A stretch of 64,000 bases of DNA from Candidatus Nomurabacteria bacterium (GCA_023898625.1 CP060231.1:545890-609889), one strand, 5' to 3'. Counted from the stretch's first letter, positions 1 to 9,810 are shown. Translations and numbers: made by a program. Notes: generated by a model from the sequence alone, not told the origin.

Positions 1-324
1 TTTATCAATCACGATGTCTGGAATGTATTTTAGTGTATCTGAGATACCAGTAGTTGATTGCGTATGTCGTGATAGTTCATGGATTGTTTCATCAATTTTT
101 GTTGTACCTAATAGACTGAAAGTGACTTGGTCGGTATTATATTCTGGCATTTTTAGAATGAGATTATCGTTGTAAAAGGTGAATTCTGCTTGATCATCAG
201 TGTTCCAACAATAGATACTAGTGAAGTTATAATCAGAATATGGTTTAAAATTAGAAGTGAATGATTTAATTTCGGGAAGAGAGTCAATGGTGATAGGCTC
301 AAGATTGTAGGGAATTCTAAGCAT
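1..324 (-). CDS. hypothetical protein, N-terminal part (ORF runs off window start); DUF2156/LPG-synthase-C-like by eye
   Basis: Absent from the ORF track because it has no stop in the window. ATG at 324-322 on the minus strand, open for all 108 codons to position 1. MLRIPYNLEPITIDSLPEIKSF..YSDYNFTSIYCWN resembles DUF2156 N-termini (recalled, not searched). Confidence 0.5.
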   Translation of the reverse strand, partial: MLRIPYNLEPITIDSLPEIKSFTSNFKPYSDYNFTSIYCWNTDDQAEFTFYNDNLILKMPEYNTDQVTFSLLGTTKIDETIHELSRHTQSTTGISDTLKYIPDIVIDK

Positions 325-382
325 TTATTCTTGATTATATAAGAAAAACTAGGATATTAATAGGAAAGTAATTACAATTATA

Positions 383-2584
383 TTGATGATACAAGCATTA
401 GCATACACTCCAGGAATCATAATGGTGCTCTTTGTTGTTTTGGGGTTAATTATTAGTAGTAAAAAAAATACCCTAAATCGAATATTTCTATATTTAGCAG
501 GGTCGGTGCTTATTTGGCAATGCTTGCTATTTATCTCTGATACGACGCATTCAAAATTTATTGCTGAGCTTTCTCTTCGGTTGGCATTATTGGTTTCGAT
601 GTTTATGCCTTATACTTTCTTGCTCTTTTGCTATGCTTTTACCCAAAGATTAAATAAAGGGTTGGCGATTACTTTGTATATGCCCATTTTAATTACGCAA
701 TTGTTGGCGCTATCGAGTTTTGTCTTTTCGACCGTTGAACTTAGAAAATTTGGAGTCCATATCGTTGATCCAAAGTGGGGATATACGGTCATAGTGTTTG
801 TAACAACAGGATATATACTATATGGTTTAGTTTTACTTCTGATTAAGCAAGGTGAATTTACTCTTCAGCAAAAAAAACAGAGTAGGTTAATTATAGGAGG
901 CGTGGCGATATCTTTAGCTATTAGTTTAATAGCCAACTTCTTTTTAATAGACACATCATATTCCGATTATACAATTTTAGCAACGGGACCTTCTATTATA
1001 TTTTTTGTTGGTGGCATCGGAATCGCAATCATTAAGCATAGAATGTTCGACATAAAGCTTATTGTTGCCCGAACTATGGGTTATGCTCTTTCGATTATCA
1101 TGTTAGCGACACTGTATGGCGTATTAGCCTTTAATATAGTTGATATGTTTAGTTCTAGCCTGAGTAAGAGTGGTCAACAAGTTGTCTATACTTTACTTGC
1201 TGTTGTTTTGGCATTTACATTTCAGCCACTCAAAAAGTTTTTTGATAGGCTAACAAATAAATTATTCTATCGTGACGCGTATGACTCGCAGGAGTTACTT
1301 GATGGGCTTAATAAAATACTGGTTTCAACGCTAGACATCAATAAATTGCTCAAAAATAGTGCTGAAGAGATAAACAAATCTATACGGTCAGAATTTGTAC
1401 TGTTTGGAATTAAGAAGATTGAGGGGTCGCCACAGCGCATTGTTGGCACAAACGAGCGTCAATTTAGTCAGCAAGAGATAGGGTTCGTACGAACCATTAC
1501 TCCAAAAATACGACAGAAAAGTATTATTGTTGACGAGCTTGAAGACTCAGAACCAAAACTTCGTGAAGTTCTTCATAAAAACGGTATTGCATTATTGGTA
1601 CGATTAACTGATACGCCAAATAAAGTTCAGGAAGGTCTGGGATACATTGTTTTGGGCGATAAAAAGAGTGGCGGTCAATATACCAAGCAAGATTTACAAG
1701 TGTTAGAAATTATTGCCGACGAGTTGGTGATTGCTATTCAAAACGCGTTAAGGTTTGAGGAAATCCAGAACTTTAACATTACTCTGCAAGAAAAGGTGGA
1801 TGATGCTACTAAGAAATTACGTTCGGCTAATCATCGTTTGATAGAGTTAGATCAGACTAAAGATGATTTTATTAGCATGGCGTCTCATCAGTTACGCACA
1901 CCACTAACTACCATTAAGGGGTATTTAAGTATGGTTATTGAGGGCGATGTTGGTAAGGTTAGTAATAAGCAAGCAGAATTATTAAGTAAGGCGTTTATCA
2001 GCTCGCAACAAATGGTTTATTTAATTGCAGACTTATTGAATGTTTCTAGGCTGAGAACAGGTAAGTTTGTGATTGAGCCAAAGGAAACGAACTTATCTGA
2101 TGTTATTGGCGGAGAAATAGATCAACTAATCGAAACAGCAAAAGCTAAGGGGTTAGAGCTTAGATTTGAGAACCCAAAGAATTTCCCAACGCTGATGTTA
2201 GACGAAACAAAAATTCGCCAAGTTATCATGAACTTTATAGACAACGCTATTTACTATACTCCTGCCGGTGGGCATGTTACTGTAGCGATACAAGACAAGG
2301 GTGAAAGCATTGAGTTTACTGTAGTTGATGATGGAATAGGGGTTCCAAAAAATGAGCAACACCATTTATTTACAAAGTTTTATAGAGCTGGCAATGCCAA
2401 AAAAGCTCGTCCAGATGGTACGGGCTTAGGGTTGTTTATGGCTAAGAAAGTGATTATTGCCCAAGGGGGGTCAATAATTTTTAAATCACAAGAGGGAAAG
2501 GGTAGTGAGTTTGGGTTTTTGTTTGATAAAGCACAGTTACTACCAGAAAATTATAAAGGCGCATTACATAAGACTACATCATAA
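383..2584 (+). CDS. sensor histidine kinase (multi-TM N-terminal sensor, HisKA + HATPase_c)
   Basis: 733-aa ORF with about 7 hydrophobic segments at the N-terminus. H-box MASHQLRTPLTTIKGY, N-box NFIDNAIYYTP, G1 DDGIGVP, G2 GTGLGL. No response regulator gene adjacent. Confidence 0.9.
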   Translation: MMIQALAYTPGIIMVLFVVLGLIISSKKNTLNRIFLYLAGSVLIWQCLLFISDTTHSKFIAELSLRLALLVSMFMPYTFLLFCYAFTQRLNKGLAITLYMPILITQLLALSSFVFSTVELRKFGVHIVDPKWGYTVIVFVTTGYILYGLVLLLIKQGEFTLQQKKQSRLIIGGVAISLAISLIANFFLIDTSYSDYTILATGPSIIFFVGGIGIAIIKHRMFDIKLIVARTMGYALSIIMLATLYGVLAFNIVDMFSSSLSKSGQQVVYTLLAVVLAFTFQPLKKFFDRLTNKLFYRDAYDSQELLDGLNKILVSTLDINKLLKNSAEEINKSIRSEFVLFGIKKIEGSPQRIVGTNERQFSQQEIGFVRTITPKIRQKSIIVDELEDSEPKLREVLHKNGIALLVRLTDTPNKVQEGLGYIVLGDKKSGGQYTKQDLQVLEIIADELVIAIQNALRFEEIQNFNITLQEKVDDATKKLRSANHRLIELDQTKDDFISMASHQLRTPLTTIKGYLSMVIEGDVGKVSNKQAELLSKAFISSQQMVYLIADLLNVSRLRTGKFVIEPKETNLSDVIGGEIDQLIETAKAKGLELRFENPKNFPTLMLDETKIRQVIMNFIDNAIYYTPAGGHVTVAIQDKGESIEFTVVDDGIGVPKNEQHHLFTKFYRAGNAKKARPDGTGLGLFMAKKVIIAQGGSIIFKSQEGKGSEFGFLFDKAQLLPENYKGALHKTTS

Positions 2585-2610
2585 AATTGCTCGAAGTGTA
2601 TAATAAAGAT

Positions 2611-3081
2611 ATGGTGAGCAAAAAAGACGCAACTAGTTTGGACGATATCGCAGAATCAATTGCTAGCTTGGCAGGAATGGTGAGTGATCAGTTTGATTTA
2701 GTTAGTGAACGCTTTGTGCAAGTAGACAAGCGCTTTGAGCAAGTAGATAAACGCTTTGAACAAGTAGACCGACGCTTTGAGCAAGTAGACAAACGCTTTG
2801 AACAAGTAGACCGACGCCTAGATGGTATAGAGAATCGGCTTTATCATCTAGAAAAACAACAGAGCGAAATGCGCGAGTGGATCGAAAGCATAGACAGCCG
2901 TTTGAGTGGTATTAAAAGCGACATCGCTGAGATATATGATCGCATTGTAGCGTTAGAAAAAAAGAGTGACCAAGGTCTGACTAAGCAAGATAAAAAAGAG
3001 TTAGAACAAAAGATAAACGACCTACTACATTGGGCCAAAGAAGTTAGCAAAAAAACTGGTGTTCCTCTGCCTAAAGTATAA
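2611..3081 (+). CDS. coiled-coil protein with RFEQVDK heptad repeats
   Basis: ORF 2587..3081; the ATG at 2611 is the likelier start, with tataat just upstream. Five in-frame 7-aa repeats followed by further coiled-coil-like sequence. Confidence 0.6.
   Translation: MVSKKDATSLDDIAESIASLAGMVSDQFDLVSERFVQVDKRFEQVDKRFEQVDRRFEQVDKRFEQVDRRLDGIENRLYHLEKQQSEMREWIESIDSRLSGIKSDIAEIYDRIVALEKKSDQGLTKQDKKELEQKINDLLHWAKEVSKKTGVPLPKV
2710..2814. repeat. 5 x 21-bp tandem repeat (cgctttgagcaagtagacaaa-like) encoding RFEQVDK/R
   Basis: Read directly: consecutive 21-bp units at 2710, 2731, 2752, 2773 and 2794, with a few substitutions. Confidence 0.9.
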
Positions 3082-3182
3082 AACCCGTCGACATGCTTAT
3101 ATAAAGGTCGTGTATTTTTATGTTGCAATAAAGCTCATGGCTATACTATTATATAGCTATAGTAATTATGTAGGATACAAAT

Positions 3183-3482
3183 ATGCAATCAGAAGAACTA
3201 AAGAAGTATGTGACGGAAATAATTGAGCAGAAAAAATTATCGGGCGTTGATCAAGACATTAAGGATAAACTTATCGACGACCTAACTAATCGTCTTCAAG
3301 AACAAATTAATCGAGCCTTAATTAACGCTTTAAATGATGAACAGTTTAAAGAGTTTGAAAAGTTGGTCGATGCTGAAGATGCTGAAAAGGTTAGTACTTT
3401 TTTTGCAGACAATAATATCCCAGTACAAGAAATCACTACTCAAGTGTTGGTGAAATTTAGGGTTGCATATCTAGGATCATAG
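3183..3482 (+). CDS. hypothetical small helical acidic protein
   Basis: 99-aa ORF ending 6 nt before the giant ORF start, so probably co-transcribed. No motif recognised. Confidence 0.6.
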   Translation: MQSEELKKYVTEIIEQKKLSGVDQDIKDKLIDDLTNRLQEQINRALINALNDEQFKEFEKLVDAEDAEKVSTFFADNNIPVQEITTQVLVKFRVAYLGS

Positions 3483-3488
3483 GCAATT

Positions 3489-6400
3489 ATGAGTGAAACA
3501 ATTGATTCTCCGCCACCAGTTTCGACAATGGATGACGGAGTAGTCTCATTGACCGAAGAGGAATTAATGCAAAGGATTGCTGATGGCGCAAATCCTGGCG
3601 AGGACGTGTCAAAGCTAACAGAAGAAGAACTAATGGCTAGAATTGGCGACTCCATTACTGGCGAGTCTCAGAAAACCGAAGGCAGTGAATACAAGTTAAA
3701 GCCTGTCGAAGAGAAAGATTTTAAGGATATGATGGACAGGAATCCTGATATTTTGGATCCAGATAATCCCGATTCTCTGGGAGCTGGGGCGATAGGAACG
3801 ATGGCGAATGAACCATGGATGTTTGATGACGATATGCCTGATAATGAGGTTAAAGAACCTCCAGTAGAACCTCCAGTAGAACCTCCAGTAGAACCTCCAG
3901 TAGAACCTCCAGTAGAACCTCCAGTAGAACCTCCAGTAGAACCTCCAGTAGAACCTCCAGTAGAACCTCCAGTAGAACCTCCAGTAGAACCTCCAGTAGA
4001 ACCTCTAGTAGAACCTCCAGTAGAACCTCCAGTAGAACCTCCAGTAGAAGGCGAAGAACCCATTAGAATTGCCATTGGTAATTTAGATAAAAGTATTGAT
4101 GCTGAATCGCGCGATGTGGCAGAAGCAGAAAATGATATGCGCACCCAAGGCAGGGGTTTTAGGGGATTTTTACGAAAACTATGGCGTGGAGGTAGCTTTA
4201 AAGAGGTTCATGTGCAACGCGAAAGACTCAGGGCTCGTGATGAAATTCTCGAGTCGGGTGAATTGTATATCCATCGTACAGATGGAGCTCCTTCACAAGA
4301 TGAAATTGACAGATCAGTAATCGAAAAGCTAACCCATCAAAATATAGACCAGCTTCTTAGTGAGGAATCAGGAGAAACACATAGAAGAATTGATGATGAA
4401 ACCGATCCAGAAGCTCAGGAGGTTAGAGGCGCTGTTAATGATTTAATTTCTAGATATGCTCGCGGAGAGCTTGATGATGAAAATTTTGAAGAAGAAAAAA
4501 ACAGAGTACTACATGTATTGGCGCAAAACAACCCAGAACTATTAGGTGAAGGGAGGATGTTTGCGGATAATCTTTTGTTGGTTGCTCAGAATGTTAAATC
4601 TATGGTACGACACGATCGTGGAGTTGATGAGATTATGGCGAATGCAATAATAGATCTCGGACAAATTAGAACAGATGCGCGTACAGAAGCAAGATATAGT
4701 TCAGCAGATAAAGTCATTGAGCGTATTCAAAGCACTAGACTTGGTAAATGGTTGAACGAAACCACAATAGTGACAGCTGCGTCAATCGCAACATCTGTCG
4801 CAAGACTAACTGTTCAGTCTGGTGTTGCTAAGGCAGCGGCAGTTACAGGAGTTTTGGGGGTTGGCGGTGCTGTTATTGCGGGAGCGCGTCAATCTAAGGT
4901 AGTTAAAGATGAGAGACGACGACATTCTCGTGAAATGGCTAGTGGTGAACGTTTTGAACCTGGCGCAAAAAGAAGAGAACGCCTCGAGGGATCCCGTTAT
5001 GAAACTATTTCGGCAGTTGATGCTACTCGCGCTCTTCAGCAGTTATTTGAAGAACCCGAAGATGGAACAAACTTGCGAAATCTACACGAGCTTACCAAAG
5101 AAGGTTTCATAGAAGCTAGCATGCTTGTTGCTCAACTAAGAACCCGAGATGCTATGTCTGACGAAGAGCAGATTGACCTATTTCATTATTCTTCGGCGGA
5201 AGGTATTTCTGATGAACGTCTTCAACTGCAATTAACTGCAATTTATGCACAGGATGCTTTAGATCGTTATTTAGAGGCTCACGGTGGTGTTGAGTGGTTG
5301 AGAGAAGTCGGAATCGTAGACGGGATAGATAATTTCCAACAATTACTAAGTGTTGGATCGCAGGCATACGAATCAATAATACGAGAAGATATGAGTGATA
5401 AAGATGCAGTTTTCAAGCGAATTCATCGCAGTGAAGTTTTGAAAGCAGCAATGATTGGCGGAACAATTGGAGTGGTAGTTGGCCTTTCTGTACAAGAGGC
5501 AATGGCTCATCTTCCTGGAATTGGCGATCGTGTGTATGGTATTGGCGAAGGCAAAGCAATGCCGGGTGGAAGAAATACACTACTGGGTGGAGTATTCAAT
5601 AGTGATAAGCCTGGATTTAGTGGAAACTTGACAGAGGTAGGTGGGTCTGGAAGATTTGCAGATGTTGAGGGCTTCAGACCTCACAAAAATAGCTCAGGCA
5701 ACTGGATTATAGAACGAACATTAGATGGAAAAAAGATAGAGTTAGCTTATGACGACAAAGGACTGTTAACACCTGGGTCTAAGCGTGGGTTATCAAGTAT
5801 GGGATTTGATGTTCATAGTAAGGTTGAGGGTGTGCACTTATCTGGACAAACCCAAGATGTTGTTATTGGCAACAACAAAATAGTAATACCTTCAGAATTT
5901 AAGTTACAGCAATCGCCGACTGGTCAATGGGAGTTGCTGAACCCAGACGGCACTAAATCTCAAGATATTGGGCTGAATTTTGACGGTAGCTTAACAGATG
6001 CTTCTATTGCTCACATGCAAAGTCAAGGGGTTGGAGTTACGGCAACCCCGAATCTTGTTACTGAAACAATTAAAGTTGACGGAAGAGGCCCAATAGATAT
6101 TATTCAGAATCATCTTGGTGATACAACAAGAATCCACAGAGGTTTGTGGTATGGAAACAACACACCTTCGCCAAACTTTGACCTAAATGAGTTACGCCCA
6201 CATGCTGGTGGCGTTAATGGTAGCTGGTTTGATGATCATGATAACGTAGTGATCGATATAAGTAAGATGAAACCAAATTGGTCATTCCAGAATGGTCATT
6301 CGGTGAATCCTTTTCAGGCAACTAGTGAAGGAAGAATGTCCTTAGCGGTATCTTTGTCAAAAGATACTCAAGGAACAGTATTTGATTTTAAGTTTTCAAC

Positions 6401-8357
6401 TCTTCCAGACGGACGGACCATAGCAACAATTCCTCCATCTAATCCTGCACATCAGTTATTCCAAATGGAGGGCGGAAAAAGAGTGTTCAAAGGTGGTTTC
6501 TTTGAGGTTGCCGAACATACTGGCCAACAATCTCCAAATGGCGCTCAAGGTGTTAATATTCTAGCAACCTACCCAGGACAGAATAATCCTGGCGCGTTAA
6601 CGGACACTATTACAACCACTAAAACTGTTTATGACACGCTTATTACTCCCAAACCACCAACAGAAAATATTGAGGTGATTACGTATAACGGCTCAACTCC
6701 TGTCGAGGCTGCTCCGGTAATTCCTTTCTATGCACGTCGTGGCCTTGAAAGAACCGTACCAAGAAATTCTGAGGATAGATATAATTATTACATGTACGGC
6801 CTGCCCTCAAATGAGGAGCTTCGCGAACTTATGAGAGATACAATTCCAGTACTGCTTGATGACCCTAGATCTATGGTTGATACTGGCGAGGCTGTTAGAT
6901 GGTATGAGGGTGTTTTGCGGAGAAGGCACGGAGATGCATATATTGACGAATTGAATAGCACTATAGATACAACTCCAGAGCTACATTCTCTTGATAGTGA
7001 TACAAGAGCGATAATCGCAATACCTGTTGGTGGGTTTGAAGGAGAAAATATTTACGATACTCTTAGTTTGTATGGACAACAACCAGAGTCCGAAACTGCG
7101 CATACTCCCATAGTGCTTCATGTTAACTGGAGACAAAGTGATGTTCGTACTGTGGAGGGGCAGAATAAATTAAAAGATACACTTGATGCTATCGAGAGAG
7201 CAAGAACTAAGTATCCTGATTTGAATATCGCAGTTATACAATCTGCATGGACTGATGAGCAGGTGGAGCATGGAATAATTGGTTTTGCGACCAGAAAATT
7301 ATACGACACCATAATTATGGCTACTAATAGAGCAGTAGAAGAGGATCGTGTTGGATCTGATCAGGAGATTGTATTAATTCGAAACGATGCTGACACTAAG
7401 GGGATGTCGTCTGGTTATATTGGTAAAATGGTAGAGTCAGTTACTAGCGATTCCGTAGATGCATCTGTGGGTAGATTAAAATGGGGTATAGAACAAACCC
7501 AAGATTTGCCTGGTTTTTCTGTTGTTATGCAATTTCTTGAGGGAATGCGTGGTTCTGCAAGAAGAGCTCGCGAACAAGGCATTGACGTAAATGTACAAAC
7601 AGCAGGAGCAAATACCAGCGTTAGATTGTCGACATTAGCATCGGTTGGTAGCATTGGGTTTTCCGACTACACAGATGCTGGATCTGATGATATAGAAGTT
7701 GGTAGAAGAATAAGTTTAGTGCGTCGAACTAATTCTCCTCTACATACAGGCAGTAGCTATAGCCGGCGCACAAAAAGATTTCTTCGACGAGCCTTCTCTG
7801 ATGATTCATTTAGAGAAAGTGATCGTGAATATATAGAAGGAGACGACACTGATAGCACAATAGTTATTGCTAGTGGAGCAACTATCGACACAAACTCCGC
7901 AAGACTTGAAGGGCAATATATAAATGGGGATTCAATTGGTCGAGCATGGGCAGGATTCAAAGGTACTTCTAGGGACGCAAAGGTGCCCACAACTAGATCT
8001 GGTGAAGATCTAGAGACAGACTTTGATTCGGTTGTAAAAAATATAGAAACCCAATTAGCAAGTGTTGTAGTGGACTGGGCATTTGATAGGCGTATAGTAG
8101 AAATGGAGCTGAGACGATCGTTCCCTCCTGAGCGTGGATCGACAGAGTCTATGTATGAAGCTACTTTTGAACCTGACGGCACCATGAAGTTTAATTTTAC
8201 GGAAAGTGGAAAAAAGTTACTAAAAAGGAGGTTGACGCGCAATAATTCAGGTCAGTTTGACCCGATTGGTAGTAGAAGACTAAGAGTAAACTATGGGCGC
8301 TCAACAGGAAGACGAAGATTCCCCGAAGGAAGAACCCCAAGGTTAGTAGGAACATAA
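3489..8357 (+). CDS. giant (1622 aa) repeat-containing membrane/surface protein; C-terminal region weakly GT-A glycosyltransferase-like
   Basis: Uninterrupted 4.9 kb ORF. Duplicated LTEEELMxRI motif, 16 EPPV repeats, and two hydrophobic segments (about aa 430-470 and 650-670). C-terminal AIIAIPVGG..VLIRNDADTKG resembles a GT-A core with a DxD motif (weak, by eye). Confidence 0.8.
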   Translation: MSETIDSPPPVSTMDDGVVSLTEEELMQRIADGANPGEDVSKLTEEELMARIGDSITGESQKTEGSEYKLKPVEEKDFKDMMDRNPDILDPDNPDSLGAGAIGTMANEPWMFDDDMPDNEVKEPPVEPPVEPPVEPPVEPPVEPPVEPPVEPPVEPPVEPPVEPPVEPPVEPLVEPPVEPPVEPPVEGEEPIRIAIGNLDKSIDAESRDVAEAENDMRTQGRGFRGFLRKLWRGGSFKEVHVQRERLRARDEILESGELYIHRTDGAPSQDEIDRSVIEKLTHQNIDQLLSEESGETHRRIDDETDPEAQEVRGAVNDLISRYARGELDDENFEEEKNRVLHVLAQNNPELLGEGRMFADNLLLVAQNVKSMVRHDRGVDEIMANAIIDLGQIRTDARTEARYSSADKVIERIQSTRLGKWLNETTIVTAASIATSVARLTVQSGVAKAAAVTGVLGVGGAVIAGARQSKVVKDERRRHSREMASGERFEPGAKRRERLEGSRYETISAVDATRALQQLFEEPEDGTNLRNLHELTKEGFIEASMLVAQLRTRDAMSDEEQIDLFHYSSAEGISDERLQLQLTAIYAQDALDRYLEAHGGVEWLREVGIVDGIDNFQQLLSVGSQAYESIIREDMSDKDAVFKRIHRSEVLKAAMIGGTIGVVVGLSVQEAMAHLPGIGDRVYGIGEGKAMPGGRNTLLGGVFNSDKPGFSGNLTEVGGSGRFADVEGFRPHKNSSGNWIIERTLDGKKIELAYDDKGLLTPGSKRGLSSMGFDVHSKVEGVHLSGQTQDVVIGNNKIVIPSEFKLQQSPTGQWELLNPDGTKSQDIGLNFDGSLTDASIAHMQSQGVGVTATPNLVTETIKVDGRGPIDIIQNHLGDTTRIHRGLWYGNNTPSPNFDLNELRPHAGGVNGSWFDDHDNVVIDISKMKPNWSFQNGHSVNPFQATSEGRMSLAVSLSKDTQGTVFDFKFSTLPDGRTIATIPPSNPAHQLFQMEGGKRVFKGGFFEVAEHTGQQSPNGAQGVNILATYPGQNNPGALTDTITTTKTVYDTLITPKPPTENIEVITYNGSTPVEAAPVIPFYARRGLERTVPRNSEDRYNYYMYGLPSNEELRELMRDTIPVLLDDPRSMVDTGEAVRWYEGVLRRRHGDAYIDELNSTIDTTPELHSLDSDTRAIIAIPVGGFEGENIYDTLSLYGQQPESETAHTPIVLHVNWRQSDVRTVEGQNKLKDTLDAIERARTKYPDLNIAVIQSAWTDEQVEHGIIGFATRKLYDTIIMATNRAVEEDRVGSDQEIVLIRNDADTKGMSSGYIGKMVESVTSDSVDASVGRLKWGIEQTQDLPGFSVVMQFLEGMRGSARRAREQGIDVNVQTAGANTSVRLSTLASVGSIGFSDYTDAGSDDIEVGRRISLVRRTNSPLHTGSSYSRRTKRFLRRAFSDDSFRESDREYIEGDDTDSTIVIASGATIDTNSARLEGQYINGDSIGRAWAGFKGTSRDAKVPTTRSGEDLETDFDSVVKNIETQLASVVVDWAFDRRIVEMELRRSFPPERGSTESMYEATFEPDGTMKFNFTESGKKLLKRRLTRNNSGQFDPIGSRRLRVNYGRSTGRRRFPEGRTPRLVGT
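3855..4046. repeat. 16 x 12-bp near-perfect tandem repeat (gaacctccagta) encoding EPPV
   Basis: Read directly: 15 identical units and one unit with a single c->t change (EPLV). Confidence 0.95.
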
Positions 8358-8381
8358 AATACTTAATAAGGAGATTTATAT

Positions 8382-8714
8382 ATGGTAGATTTACAAAATC
8401 TAAAAAATGAACTACTCGACGAGCTAATAAAAATAACTGACGAAACTGGTGTTGATCCCATTGATCGATTCGACATTGTGATGGGTCGTTATATGAATAC
8501 CGGAGAAACAGATTTGCTAGCTCAGGCTACCTCAATAGCAAAGACAATCGAAGATCCTAAAGATCGAGGTAATGCTATGATGCAGTTACTTGATGAAATA
8601 GACTTAGCACAGTCAGATGATGCTGGAAGGCAAAATGAAATCTCGAATAGTGCGAGTAAAGCTGAAGTCTCTGAAGAGCAGGTTTCCAATAATAATTCAA
8701 CCCCAGATAAGTAG
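8382..8714 (+). CDS. hypothetical acidic protein
   Basis: 110-aa ORF preceded by aaggag. Its stop codon (TAG 8712-8714) is formed at the IS junction. Confidence 0.6.
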   Translation: MVDLQNLKNELLDELIKITDETGVDPIDRFDIVMGRYMNTGETDLLAQATSIAKTIEDPKDRGNAMMQLLDEIDLAQSDDAGRQNEISNSASKAEVSEEQVSNNNSTPDK

Positions 8715-9587
8715 GTTCATAGAACGAATCAAGAACAAAGCGTTGCAGATAAGTAGTTATCTACAGTATAGAACAATTCAGGATTGTTTTGTCTTTGTTC
8801 CCACTCCCTAAGGATATTTCTTAGATCAGTAAGTGTTAGCTTGCCGTATAAACGACGTAAGGAGCGTTTCAGTACACCCCAGAAGTTCTCGATCATGTTG
8901 GTTGGACCAAAGTGTCCATTGCTATGGTTACATCTCTCATGAGAGTAGCCATAGAACTCTAGGTCATGGTAGCCACTGAAGGCGTCTGTCGTCAGATGAG
9001 AGTTCCTAGCTACCGTCTTAGTCAAAAACAGTTCCAGGCTGTCTTGAGCTCTGTCAGGGACAATCTGTAGTCTAACTCGTCTGGTATCTCGTTCAATGGC
9101 TCCAACAACAATGGTTTGACTACCATACTTCTGTTTACCAAAGAAACTTTCATCTACTTCAACAATACCAGAGAGCTGTAAGGTACTTTGTGGAACTAAT
9201 GCCCTAAAGCGCCTAAACCACCTACGAACAGTTGGATAGCTAACACCCACAATATCCACAGTCGTACCAACACTTTTTTGTTTCTGCCAGCACCAGATGA
9301 GTAGCCATAGCTTCTGTAGTGATAGATTACTACCTCGAAACCAGGTAACAGCTCTAACTGAGTGTTTAGCTCTACAGTACCGACACCAAGCATAACTACG
9401 ACGAAATAATAGTCTCCCGTTACACCGGGGACAGGCGCTAGACCCATATATTATCTTAAATAGCTGTATATGACACTGCCGTTCACGTGGCAAACTTGCT
9501 AGAATGTTCATTGGAACAAGCCCTCCTTCCGTAAGTTAGTTGACACTACTTACTTTAACGGCTTGTTCCGTTTTAGTTCAGTGAACC
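8714..9587 (-). mobile_element. IS1595-family insertion sequence, copy 1 (874 bp)
   Basis: Terminal inverted repeats GGTTCATAGAAC (8714-8725) and the reverse complement of 9576-9587, GGTTCACTGAAC (10/12 match). Perfect 8-bp target-site duplication GATAAGTA at 8706-8713 and 9588-9595. A single transposase ORF lies inside. Confidence 0.85.
8729..9511 (-). CDS. IS1595-family (ISXO2-like) DDE transposase with N-terminal zinc ribbon
   Basis: 260 aa. CPRCNGRL..WCRYCRAKHS zinc ribbon, then IVEVDESFFG..VVGAIERDTRRVRLQIVPDR..TTDAFSGY, typical of DDE_Tnp_IS1595. Paralog of 23226..24011. Confidence 0.9.
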   Translation of the reverse strand: MNILASLPRERQCHIQLFKIIYGSSACPRCNGRLLFRRSYAWCRYCRAKHSVRAVTWFRGSNLSLQKLWLLIWCWQKQKSVGTTVDIVGVSYPTVRRWFRRFRALVPQSTLQLSGIVEVDESFFGKQKYGSQTIVVGAIERDTRRVRLQIVPDRAQDSLELFLTKTVARNSHLTTDAFSGYHDLEFYGYSHERCNHSNGHFGPTNMIENFWGVLKRSLRRLYGKLTLTDLRNILREWEQRQNNPELFYTVDNYLSATLCS

Positions 9588-9677
9588 GATAAGTAACTAA
9601 GTTTATTCAAGATAGTACATAAGACTAGGCAGGTAAGCATAAGCATTGACGGATTGTAAAGAATAACGTAAACAATA

Positions 9678-9706
9678 TTGACTTTATATCTGTATTATGG
9701 TAATAT
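9678..9706 (+). promoter_or_regulatory. sigma70-like promoter (TTGACT - 17 nt - TGgTAATAT, extended -10)
   Basis: TTGACT at 9678-9683, 17-nt spacer ending in tgg, TAATAT at 9701-9706. No ORF follows before the terminator at 9781-9810. Confidence 0.4.
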
Positions 9707-9780
9707 TTAAGCATCCTGTTACAGATGTGAGGTGAGAGCATCATCCGTAAAGGGAAGTAATTTTTACAGAGGTGGAAGCG

Positions 9781-9810
9781 ACAACAGATAAGTATATCTG
9801 TTGTTTTTTG
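9781..9810 (+). terminator. rho-independent terminator
   Basis: acaacagat / aagtat loop / atctgttgt (9-bp perfect stem), followed by tttttg. Confidence 0.5.

Noticed and set aside
1267-1449. Numerous 60-160 aa antisense or alternate-frame ORFs inside long genes throughout the track (e.g. 1267..1449, 2844..3128, 7757..8242, 26212..26469, 33579..33893, 34130..34570, 41258..41683, 53081..53425)
   Set aside because: They are fully nested in, or antisense to, ORFs with strong motif support. They have no SD sites and give low-complexity or odd compositions.
3855-4046. Possible CRISPR array (regular short repeats); likewise 2710-2814
   Set aside because: The units are directly adjacent with no spacers, are only 12 and 21 bp long, and are in frame within coding sequence.
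3668-4144. Minus-strand ORF encoding GGSTGGST repeats
   Set aside because: It is the antisense translation of the EPPV 12-bp repeat inside the 1622-aa gene and has no independent support.
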